A stretch of DNA of 64,000 nt from assembly GCA_963836075.1 (NCBI GenBank), contig CAWIIB010000009.1:1408001-1472000 (forward strand), read 5' to 3'. The position numbers were made by a program, and so were the translations under genes. A model generated the notes under the pieces. It saw only the letters and a list, made by a program, of their open reading frames with translations, did not search any database and was not told the origin of the DNA. Of the stretch, positions 51,092-60,631 are shown piece after piece. The first letter of the stretch is position 1. Each line of letters starts with the position of its first letter. This DNA comes from an uncultured Acidobacteriota bacterium. GTDB taxonomy: Bacteria; Acidobacteriota; JAQAZP01.

Positions 51092-53493
51092 GACACCTGC
51101 TGCTGTTCATCGCCCTGCTTACCCTCTGCTCCGGCTGTGCAGCGCCGGAAAGGGTGGAGCAGGGAAGCCCCCAGGCCCTGGCCACCCTGGCCAGCGGGGT
51201 GGTGGACCTGGTGAGCCTGGCCAGCGCCACGGGGGAGAGCGCCGGCGATGGACGGGCGGAGGTACCGAGGAGACGCTGGAACAGGCGGAGCAGGTGGTTC
51301 GCGAATACGGTTTCGACGGAAACTGGCCGCTGCAGGGGTGGGAGGCCTGGAAGGACTGCGGACGTTTTCTGCCCCGGGACGGGGTCCTGCAGATAGAGGC
51401 CATCGGCGAGGATTTCCAGATGGCCGTGCCTCCCGATTTCGACTGTTCGCGGGTCCAGCGGGTGCTGGTCCGCGCCCGGGTCTCGGACGGCAACCGCGGC
51501 CACCTGTTCTGGATGACCGAGGACCAGCCGACCTATGACGGCCAGCGGTCGATCCAGTACCTGGCTCCATCCCGGAGAGGAGTTCCGTACCTACACCATC
51601 GAGGTGGGGGAGCACCTCAAGTGGGGCGGCCGGATCACCGGCCTGCGTCTGGACCCCATCGACAAACCGGGCACGGTGGAGATCGATTTCATCCGCTTCA
51701 TGGCCGGGCGGAACCGGCTGCGGACCGACCTGCTGGCCGCCCGCTGCGGTCTTCCGGACGCGGCCCTGGCCCTGCGCGACGACCGGCGGCGGGTACTGGC
51801 GGTGGCCCCCGCACAGCCGGTGCAGTTCGACCTCCTGGTACCCGGGGGTGCGGGTGCGGCTTCGCCCGAGCTGCGCTTCGCCATCGGTCTGGCAGCGGCC
51901 GGCCCCGACGGCCGGCAGGCCGTGCCCCGGGCCTCCCACCGGTTCCTGATCCGCACCGGCGACGGCGAGACGATTTTCAACCGGGTGCTCAACCCGGAGA
52001 AAAACCGTGCCCATGGCGGCTGGCGCGAGGAGCGAGTGAACCTGGGCCGGTTCGCCGGGAGCCGGCTGGGGCTCACCTTTGCCGTGGAAGCCCTGGGCGA
52101 CTGGGAAGACCAGGACGGCGTCGCCCTGTTCGCCAACCCGCTGCTCCACCCGGCCCCGGGGGTCTTTTGCCGGCTCAGCGTGCTGGTGGTGCTGGTGGAT
52201 GCCCTGCGCGCCGACCGCCTGGGGTGCTACGGTCACCACCGGGGGACCACGCCGCACATCGACCGGCTTTGCCGGCAGAGCGTGCTCTTCCGCAACGCCC
52301 TCTCCAGCTCCTCGTGGACCGCGCCCTCGGTGGCCTCCCTGTTCACCGGGCTTCACCCTTACCGCCACGGCGTCCGCTACGTCGATACCCTCGACCTGGA
52401 CCGCCGTTTCGAGACCGTGGCTGAGCGGTTTGACGCCGCCGGGTGGTTCACCGGCGCTGTTTCGGACAACCTGCTGATCACTCCGGACAACGGTTTCGAC
52501 CAGGGTTTTCGGACCTTTGTTTCCAAACCGCTCACCACGCACATGCGCAAGGCCCGGGCAGTGACCGACATCGCCCTGGGCTGGCTCGAGCACCACGGCG
52601 ACCGGCCCTTCTTTCTCTACCTGCACTACATGGACCCCCACGCCAACTACCGGCCGCCAAAGCCGTTCCATCCCGGTCCCCCACCGTCCGGCGCCGAAAT
52701 CCGCGACTTTGTGGAAAAGGGCGAGGCCGGGGGCGTGGCCAACCGCTTGCAGAAGAGCCGCCGTTTCCGGCTTTCGGCAGCCGAAGACCAGCGTCTGCTC
52801 GATCTGTACGAGGGCGAGGTGGCATCCACCGATTACCAGGTGGGGCGGCTGCTCTCCTGGCTGGAGCGGTCGGGGCTGGCCGACGGGACAGTGGTTGTTT
52901 TTGTCGCCGACCACGGCGAGGAGTTTGCGGACCACGGCAGGTACGCTCACGCCACCTCGCTGTTCGACGAACTGGTGCGGGTGCCGCTGCTGGTCCGGCT
53001 CCCCGGCCGGCAGCTGCCGGCACGGCAGGTGGAGCAGGTGGTGTGCAGCGCCGACCTGGGGCCCACTCTGCTCAGCCTGGCCGGGGCACCGGGTTTCACC
53101 GGCGAGGTGGACGCCCTCTCCTTCACCGGGCTGCTGGACCAAAGCCGGCCGGCCGCCGAGCAGCGGGAGGCCTATTTCGAGCTGAACCCCTACTCGCGCA
53201 ACCCGCTGGCTCCGGGCACCATTGAAGCCACCCGGGGACTGCGCTTCGGCCGGCTGAAGCTGCTCTACGAAGTGCGCACCGGCCGCTACCGGCTTTACGA
53301 CCTGGCGGCCGATCCCGGTGAGCGGGCGTCGCTCTACGACGAGGAGGACCGCCGGTCGATGGAGATGGCGGCCCGCCTCTCCCGCTACCTGGAAGATGCC
53401 GGACAGGCCGATGGCGCGGGCGTTGCCGACGGGGGGCTGCTGGAAGACCGCCAGCTGCAGCAACTGGACGCTCTGGGCTATCTCGACCGCTAG
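51088..53493 (+). pseudogene. Sulfatase-fold lipoprotein, Thr-type, with two compensating frameshifts in the N-terminal part
   Basis: Lipobox LCSGC; -1 shift near G5 at about 51231 and +1 shift near 51560; DALRAD, WTAPSVASLFTG, ADHGE, LDALGYL. May be a sequencing error. Confidence 0.75.
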
Positions 53494-53507
53494 GAGAGGG
53501 AGGATCG

Positions 53508-55841
53508 ATGACCGGGAATTGGTGCCGTGGAGTGACGAAGGGGGCTGGACGGGTGGCGGTCGCCGCCCTGCTGCTGGTCCTGCCGATTTTCGGCTGCACC
53601 GTCGGCGGACCGCCGGTCGACAGCGTGATCGACCTGCTCGAGGTCACCCCGTTCCAGGTCCCGGAAGCCGGCAGGGTGGTTCTGGCGCAACAGCGGGCCT
53701 GGGACTTCGGCAGCGGGCTGCCGGTGGGCTGGAGCGCCGGGCCGGCCGGCGTGGTGGTGCACCAGGAGGAGAACGGTATCCGCCTGGAGCACCCCGACGA
53801 GCTTCCCTGGCTCGAACTGAGCTGCGAGGAGGAGATCGACCTCTTGCGCCACGGCCGGCTCAACGTCTGGCTCCGTCCTCTCGACGCCACTGATGGGGCG
53901 CTCTACTACTCCTTCACCGACCCGCCGCGCTACAAACGGAACATCCGTTCATACGTGAAATACCCGCCGGACAAGCCCGGCCAGGCGTACGGCTTCGCCT
54001 TCCCCGGAATCGACGGGTTCGAGACCGGCCTCCGCGTGCTGCGGCTCTACCCCGCGCTCTCCGGCGGCAGCCCGGTGGTCCGCGGGGCGATGCTTTTCCC
54101 GCGGCAGCAGGAGTATCTCGCCGGGCACGTGCTTGAGCGGGAGTGGGTGCCCCTGGAGCAGCAGTATCGCCGCTGCTGGCGGCTGGTGGGCCCGGGAACC
54201 CGCGAGGCGGCTCTTCGTCTGCCCGCCGGGCCCTCGACCCTGTGCGCTGCCGTCGGGTGCCTCGTCGGCGAGGCGCCGGTCCGATTGCGGCTGGAAGTGA
54301 AGACCCGCGGCGGCACGATCCACCGGCTGGCGGCGAGCGGGGTGCGGTCCGGTGAGGGATGGCGGGAACTGGACGCCGATCTCGGCCGTTGGGCCGGCGA
54401 ACCGGTCACCCTGCGCTTCATCGTGGAAAGCGAAGATCCGGGGGCATTGGTCCTCATCGGTTCGCCGTCGGTGGTGCCGCGGTCCGCGAGCGATGACCGC
54501 CGGCCCAACGTCCTGCTGATCGTGGTGGACACGCTGCGGGCCGACCGGCTCTCCCTGTACGGCGCCGGGGAACGCACCTCGCCGCACCTCGACCGCCTGG
54601 CCTCGCGGGGTACTGTCTTCACCGGCGCCCAGGCCCCGTCCTCCTGGACCCTCCCCTCGGTGGCCGCCCTGCTCACCGGGCAGTATCCGGGAACGCTGCC
54701 CATCGGCACCGGCAAAAAGGTACGTCTGCCCGCCGGGATCCCCACAATGGCCGAGGGTTTTGCCCGGGCCGGGTACGATACCGGCGGGTTCAGCGCCAAC
54801 TTCATCCTCAACCCGTTCCACGGATATTCTCGGGGTTTCGACGCCTTCTACTTGGCGCCGATTAAGGACTACACCATGCCGGCGGGCCAGCTGAACCGCA
54901 GGGCCCTGGACTGGCTCTCCCGGCGGGGCGGACGGCCGTTCTTCTGCTACCTGCAGTTCATGGATCCCCACAGTCCCTACGACCCGCCCGGGACGGACCG
55001 CCACCGGACAACCAACGCCGCCACCTTCCATCCCCGGATGGTCACCGGATACCAGGAGGGGGACATCCATCCCCTGGTGATGGGCAAGGAGACCTTCGAC
55101 CCGAATGGCAGCACGGAACAGGTGGTCCGCTTCTACGACGACGAGATCTCCTACGTCGACCTCCAGATCGGCCGTTTGCTGACCGCCCTGGCCCGGCAGG
55201 GGCTGCTGGAAGAGACGGTGGTGGCGGTGGTATCCGACCATGGCGAGGAGCTCCACGATCACGGGTTCTGGTCCCACGGCTACACGCTGTACCAGGAGCA
55301 GCTCCACGTGCCGATGATTCTCCGTCTCCCCCCGGGGTTGCCGGAGCCGCCGGCCGGGGGACAGGTGATCCACACGCCGGTGTCCCTGGTTGACCTTCTG
55401 CCCACCCTCTTTCAGCTGGCCGGACTGGAGACGGCGGGCCGGCCCGTTCCCGGCCAGAACATCTTCGAGGCGTCCCCGGAGCGGGGCCTGATCAGCGAAA
55501 CCTGGGCCGGCGGCGTTCCGCCGCGCCTCTGTCTCCGCCAGGGGCCATACAAGTATGTGTTTTTCAACCGCCAGGCCGCGGACGGGAAAGCGCCTCGCAG
55601 ATACCCTGCCCGCTGGATCTGGGAGAGCGGACCGGCGGAGGAGGAACTCTACAACCTGGACGATGACCCGGGTGAACTGCACAATCTGGCCGCGAAGCTG
55701 CCCGAAGTGGCGCAGCGGATGCGGCAGGAACTGGAGCGCCGGTTCGGCGCGGCAGCGGTGGGTTCCGCCGGCGGCGCAAAAGAGAAGAAGATGGACCGGG
55801 ATACCGAGGAGCGGCTCCGTGCGCTTGGCTACATCGAATAG
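53508..55841 (+). CDS. Sulfatase-fold lipoprotein, Thr-type
   Basis: Lipobox IFGC, DTLRAD, WTLPSVAALLTG, MDPHSPY, SDHGE, RLRALGYI. Confidence 0.9.
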   Translation: MTGNWCRGVTKGAGRVAVAALLLVLPIFGCTVGGPPVDSVIDLLEVTPFQVPEAGRVVLAQQRAWDFGSGLPVGWSAGPAGVVVHQEENGIRLEHPDELPWLELSCEEEIDLLRHGRLNVWLRPLDATDGALYYSFTDPPRYKRNIRSYVKYPPDKPGQAYGFAFPGIDGFETGLRVLRLYPALSGGSPVVRGAMLFPRQQEYLAGHVLEREWVPLEQQYRRCWRLVGPGTREAALRLPAGPSTLCAAVGCLVGEAPVRLRLEVKTRGGTIHRLAASGVRSGEGWRELDADLGRWAGEPVTLRFIVESEDPGALVLIGSPSVVPRSASDDRRPNVLLIVVDTLRADRLSLYGAGERTSPHLDRLASRGTVFTGAQAPSSWTLPSVAALLTGQYPGTLPIGTGKKVRLPAGIPTMAEGFARAGYDTGGFSANFILNPFHGYSRGFDAFYLAPIKDYTMPAGQLNRRALDWLSRRGGRPFFCYLQFMDPHSPYDPPGTDRHRTTNAATFHPRMVTGYQEGDIHPLVMGKETFDPNGSTEQVVRFYDDEISYVDLQIGRLLTALARQGLLEETVVAVVSDHGEELHDHGFWSHGYTLYQEQLHVPMILRLPPGLPEPPAGGQVIHTPVSLVDLLPTLFQLAGLETAGRPVPGQNIFEASPERGLISETWAGGVPPRLCLRQGPYKYVFFNRQAADGKAPRRYPARWIWESGPAEEELYNLDDDPGELHNLAAKLPEVAQRMRQELERRFGAAAVGSAGGAKEKKMDRDTEERLRALGYIE

Positions 55842-58107
55842 AACCGGCTGGAGACGGCTGCTGATCTGTGGTGCGCTGCTCCTGGGCTTGACCGGGTGCG
55901 GCGGCCCGGAGCCGGAGCGGTCCGCCGGCTGCCTCGACCTGTTGCCGCTGGCCCGCTGGGACGAGGACCAGCCCCCGGCGTCGATACGGTTGACGGTGGG
56001 TGAGGGGGCGCCGCTGCTGGGCCCGGGCTGGGAAGCCGCGGATGCCGGTGACGGTGACCAGGCCGCGGTGGTCAGCAACGAACGGCACGCCTCGCTCCAC
56101 CTGACGATGTGCCCCGGCGGCAGCGGTCCGGTGAAACTGCGGCTCCGTCTGCGCAACCCGTGGCCGACGCAGGAGATCGACAGCTTCCTGGGAACCATCG
56201 TCTCGTTCAATGGCCGCAAGCTGGCCCACCTGATCCCCTCGGAGCAGTGGGCCGATCACGCCGTGGAACTGCCTGCCGGCTGGTTCCGGCAGGGGACCAG
56301 CGAAGTGGTGCTCACCGGTCTGCCGGGCCGGGTCGCGCTCTCCGGGGTGGACCTCCTGCTTCCCGGACCGCAGGCCGTTTTCACCGCCGGGGATACCACT
56401 CGCCGGGCACTGGTTTCCGCGGCGCCGCTGGTGGTGGACCTGCCCCGACCGCTCCCTGCCGGTGCTCTGCTGGACGTGGCCTTCGCCATGGCCCCGCAGC
56501 TGGAAATCCCCTCGGAACGGCCACACGCCGGCCTGGTCGAGTGGCGTTCCCGGGGGGGGGAGTGGGAGACCCTCCTTGAGCTGGAAACTTCCCACGTGCC
56601 TGGCGGCTGGACCGACCGCACGGTGTCCCTGGACGGCCCGGCCGGCGGTGCGGTGCAGCTCAGGTGCAGTGCCGGGCGGGACCCTGCCGCCTGGGGCACG
56701 CTGACGCTCAGCTGGCCGGGGGCCGGTTCCCGGCGGGACACTGCGGCGGATGACGGGCTGAACCTGATCCTGATCCTCGCTGACACCCTTCGTGCCGACC
56801 GGCTGGGTGCCGGCGGTTCAGCCGTTCGTCTCACCCCCTCGCTGGATGCTCTGGCCGCGGAGAGCGTCCAGTTCCGTGACACCCTGTCCCAGGCGGCCAG
56901 CACGGTCCCCTCGGTCTCCTCGCTGTTCTCCGGACGCTATTTCAACCGGATCTCCCGCTGGGTGGATCAGAAGAGCCTGCCCGCGGCCGTGCCGCTCTTT
57001 GCCGAGACATTGGCCGCCGGGGGCTGCCGGACCCTGGCGGTAGTGACCAACCCGCTGTTGCTGCCGGAGACCGGTTTTGCCCGGGGCTTCGATGAATACC
57101 ACCATCTGCCCGGCAATCCCCGCCAGTTTCACGGGCGGGAGAACCTGCCGGTGCACCAGCCGGCCGAAGCGGTGAACGCCCGTTTCTTCCAGCGGCTGCC
57201 CTCCCTGGCCCGGGGCCGATTCTTCGCCTATCTGCACTACATGGACCCCCACGACCCGTACCTGCTGCAAGAGGAGGGGATCGCCGACCGGCAGTTCAGT
57301 GGCGGGCGTCTCGACGGCCACCCCTGGGAGGGATGGCTCGGCCCGGCGGTGGAGGAGATCCTCGAACATGGCGGCAGCTCCATGGTGGCCCGGGACCGTG
57401 AGATGGTGGTCCGGGCGTACGACAACGAGGTGCGGTGCCTTGACCGGCAACTGGGGCTGCTGCTGGCCCAGCTGCGCCGCCGCGGCCTGCTCTCGCGCAC
57501 GGTGGTGGCGGTGGTGGCTGACCACGGGGAGGAGTTTCTGGAGCACGGCCTGCTGGGGCATGGCCACACGGTATACGAGGAACTGCTGCGGGTGCCGGCC
57601 CTGGTCCGTTTTCCCCGCCGGCCCGGATTCCCCCAACCGGGGGTGGTGCCCCGGCGGGTGGAACTGCTGGATGTGGCCGCCACTTTGCTGGACGTCATGG
57701 ATGCCGGCCCGCCGGAAGGTCATGCCGGGAGGAGCCTGCTGCCAATGCTCCGGGGTGTCGGCACCGTGCCGGAGGCAGGGGCAAGTCATTTCGAGACCCG
57801 CTACCGCGCCTGGGTCGAGCCGCCGCTCAACGACTTCCTGGCCGGGGTGGAAGCGGACGGCTGGAAGCTGGTCCGTAACCGGCTGAGCGGCGTGGTGCGG
57901 CTCTACCATCTGGACACCGATCCGGGAGAGACAACGGACCTCTCCACCACCCGCTCGGAAAAGACCGGCGAGATGATGCGGCAGCTGGATGCCTGGCTTG
58001 CCGGCCAGCAGCCGCTGGATCCCGGGGAGGATGAAGCCCCCCATGCCGGCCAGGAGGTGATGAGGCGGGAAATCGAGGCGCTGAAGGCGCTGGGGTATAT
58101 GCAATGA
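55825..58107 (+). CDS. Sulfatase-fold lipoprotein, Thr-type
   Basis: TTG start overlapping the upstream gene, lipobox LTGC, DTLRAD, STVPSVSSLFSG, MDPHDPY, ADHGE, LKALGYM. Confidence 0.88.
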   Translation: MATSNRTGWRRLLICGALLLGLTGCGGPEPERSAGCLDLLPLARWDEDQPPASIRLTVGEGAPLLGPGWEAADAGDGDQAAVVSNERHASLHLTMCPGGSGPVKLRLRLRNPWPTQEIDSFLGTIVSFNGRKLAHLIPSEQWADHAVELPAGWFRQGTSEVVLTGLPGRVALSGVDLLLPGPQAVFTAGDTTRRALVSAAPLVVDLPRPLPAGALLDVAFAMAPQLEIPSERPHAGLVEWRSRGGEWETLLELETSHVPGGWTDRTVSLDGPAGGAVQLRCSAGRDPAAWGTLTLSWPGAGSRRDTAADDGLNLILILADTLRADRLGAGGSAVRLTPSLDALAAESVQFRDTLSQAASTVPSVSSLFSGRYFNRISRWVDQKSLPAAVPLFAETLAAGGCRTLAVVTNPLLLPETGFARGFDEYHHLPGNPRQFHGRENLPVHQPAEAVNARFFQRLPSLARGRFFAYLHYMDPHDPYLLQEEGIADRQFSGGRLDGHPWEGWLGPAVEEILEHGGSSMVARDREMVVRAYDNEVRCLDRQLGLLLAQLRRRGLLSRTVVAVVADHGEEFLEHGLLGHGHTVYEELLRVPALVRFPRRPGFPQPGVVPRRVELLDVAATLLDVMDAGPPEGHAGRSLLPMLRGVGTVPEAGASHFETRYRAWVEPPLNDFLAGVEADGWKLVRNRLSGVVRLYHLDTDPGETTDLSTTRSEKTGEMMRQLDAWLAGQQPLDPGEDEAPHAGQEVMRREIEALKALGYMQ

Positions 58108-60398
58108 CCGCAGCCGGAGGAACCAGGCACGGAGCGATCGCCGGTCTGCTGCTGGCCCTGCTGGCGCTCACCGCCTGCGGGCCGGTACCCGAGGCCGGCC
58201 CGCAGGGTCTCGACCTTCTCGAGCTCCTGCCCCCGGAAACCCGGATGGCTGATCTGGGTCTGGCGGCGGTGAAGACCAAGCACTGGTCTCTGGCCGAAGG
58301 GCTTCCCCGGGAGTGGCACCCCGGCCCGCAGGGTGTGACCGCGGAACGGGGGCCGGACGGTGTCCGGCTCTCCGCGGCGGAGCCGCCCTGGCTGGAGATC
58401 CGGATCGGCATCGACCCCCTGCGCTACGAGAAACTGAAAGTGGTCTTTGCCGAGGGCGAGGGTGAAGCCGCCGAACTGTTCTACTCCTACAGCAAGCCGC
58501 CGGTCTACCGCCTGGCCGGCCGGGTGGAGTCGAAACCGGCTTCCGCCGCCGCCGGTCACGAACGCCTCTTTCTGTTGCCGCACCCCGACGGCGCCCAGGA
58601 GCGGTTGCGGGCTTTCCGTCTCTACCCCGGCGGCAGGGGTGGTGGAGCCGCCACGGTGAAGGAGATCAGCCTGCTGCCCCGGCGGGGCCGGTTCATCGAG
58701 GAGGCGATCCTCTCCCGCCAGCGGATCGACCTCAACCAGGAATACCGGCGCTGCTGGAGGATCGGCGGCAACGGAGAGCGGCGGGTCACCTTCCGCGTGC
58801 CGCCGGAAGGTGCGGTGCTCCGTTTCGGCACCGGTACCCTGCTGGGGGGCGGGGAGTCGATGCTCCGTCTGCTGGCCTCGGCCCCTGGCCGGACCGCCGA
58901 GGAACTGCTGGCCGTGGCCATCGGCCGCCGGGACGACGGCTGGGCCGACCACCGGGTGGACCTCTCCGCCTGGGCCGGGGAAAAGTTGACCCTCCGGTTC
59001 CAGGTCGAGTCGACGGTGAACAGCGGGGCCATCCGTCTCATCGGATCCCCGGTGGTCCGGGCCGCCGCCGGGCGAACCAGGCCCAACGTGGTGCTGCTGG
59101 TGGTGGACACCCTGCGGGCGGACCGCCTCTCCTGCTACGGGCACCCGCAGCGGCTCTCGCCCCATCTGGACCGGCTGGCCCGCGGGGGCCTGCTCTTCAG
59201 CCGGGTCCGGGCCCCCTCCTCCTGGACCATTCCCTCCACCGCCGCCCTGTTCACCGGCTGTTATTCCAGGACGCCGGGGGCGGAGAAGGGAGAAGTTGCG
59301 GCGGTGGATCCCGGGACGCTCACCCTGGCCGAGCGATTTTCCCGCCAGGGGTATGCCACCGGGGGCTTTTCGGCCAACTTCGTTCTCGACGGGTTCCGGG
59401 GATTCGCCCGCGGGTTCGAGACCTGGTATCTGGCCCCGTACCAGGATGCCCACCTCACCGCCCGGCAGCTGAACCAACGTGCCCTGGAGTGGGTGCGTGC
59501 CCCGCGGGAGGAGCCGTTCTTCCTCTTCCTGCAGTACATGGACCCCCACGAGCCGTATGACGCACCCACGGCGGAACACCCCCGGGGCAAGAGCGCCGGG
59601 CCGTTCAGCATCCGGCGGGGCCACCGCTGGCAGGACGGCACCATCGTGCCCCTGATCATGGGCTGGGACCGGCTGGCCGGGCCGGAGGAGCAGTCGCGTC
59701 TCGAGGGCTACTATCACGAGGAAGTGACCTACGTGGACCGCTGCCTGGGCCACCTGCTGGCCTCCCTGCGGGCCGCGGGACTGCTGGAGGACGCGCTGGT
59801 GCTGGTCACCGCGGACCATGGCGAGGAACTGGGTGACCACGGCCACTGGTCCCACGGTTACACCCTGTACCGCGAAGTGCTTCACGTGCCGCTGGTCCTT
59901 GCCGCATCCCGATTGGGCCGGCAGGCCGGAACGGTGACCCGCGCCCCGGTGTCGCTGGTGGACGCCGCACCCACCCTGGCCGGCCTGGCCGGCCTGGATC
60001 CCGTTGGCGGCCCGGTGGATGGGCAGCGCCTGCTGGATGCCGCGGCCGGCCGCACCCTCTATTCCGCCACCGCCGCCTGCGGCCTGCCCACGCGATATGC
60101 GGCTTATGACGGACGCTATGCCTACATCCGCTTTGACCGCGAGGCCGCCGGGGCGAGCCGTCCCGGTTCCCGGGCGGCCAGCTGGCTGCTCCACGCCGAC
60201 CCGCCGGGCGAGGCGCTCTACGACCTCCAGGCAGACCCGCTGGAGCGGCAAAACCTGGCCCGGCACCTCCCGGATGTGGCCTCCCGCCTCTGCGCTGCGC
60301 TGGAAGCGCAATACCCCCGCATGGCGGATGATGCCGCGGCTCCGCCGGTGGACGAAGCCGATCTGGAGCGGCTGCGAGCCATTGGGTATATTCAATAA
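58104..60398 (+). CDS. Sulfatase-fold lipoprotein, Thr-type (paralog of 53508)
   Basis: Lipobox LTAC, DTLRAD, WTIPSTAALFTG, MDPHEPY, ADHGE, RLRAIGYI. Confidence 0.9.
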   Translation: MTAAGGTRHGAIAGLLLALLALTACGPVPEAGPQGLDLLELLPPETRMADLGLAAVKTKHWSLAEGLPREWHPGPQGVTAERGPDGVRLSAAEPPWLEIRIGIDPLRYEKLKVVFAEGEGEAAELFYSYSKPPVYRLAGRVESKPASAAAGHERLFLLPHPDGAQERLRAFRLYPGGRGGGAATVKEISLLPRRGRFIEEAILSRQRIDLNQEYRRCWRIGGNGERRVTFRVPPEGAVLRFGTGTLLGGGESMLRLLASAPGRTAEELLAVAIGRRDDGWADHRVDLSAWAGEKLTLRFQVESTVNSGAIRLIGSPVVRAAAGRTRPNVVLLVVDTLRADRLSCYGHPQRLSPHLDRLARGGLLFSRVRAPSSWTIPSTAALFTGCYSRTPGAEKGEVAAVDPGTLTLAERFSRQGYATGGFSANFVLDGFRGFARGFETWYLAPYQDAHLTARQLNQRALEWVRAPREEPFFLFLQYMDPHEPYDAPTAEHPRGKSAGPFSIRRGHRWQDGTIVPLIMGWDRLAGPEEQSRLEGYYHEEVTYVDRCLGHLLASLRAAGLLEDALVLVTADHGEELGDHGHWSHGYTLYREVLHVPLVLAASRLGRQAGTVTRAPVSLVDAAPTLAGLAGLDPVGGPVDGQRLLDAAAGRTLYSATAACGLPTRYAAYDGRYAYIRFDREAAGASRPGSRAASWLLHADPPGEALYDLQADPLERQNLARHLPDVASRLCAALEAQYPRMADDAAAPPVDEADLERLRAIGYIQ

Positions 60399-60631
60399 AG
60401 TCAATAAACAAGACCGTTTCGGCCGGGCCCGGGCCATTTTGTGGATGCTGCTCCACCGGCCTTGTGGTATTGTGAATTTCACCCCCCGCGGCAATCGGGT
60501 GTGGCGCATGCCCCGGCCGGGGCTGGCCAGACGTCATCTCCATCCGGTTCCGGTCAGGATTTCCAACAGACATGCCGATAAGCAGGGGGGGGAGAATTGC
60601 GGCAATACTGAGCCTTTTGGAGGTGACACCG

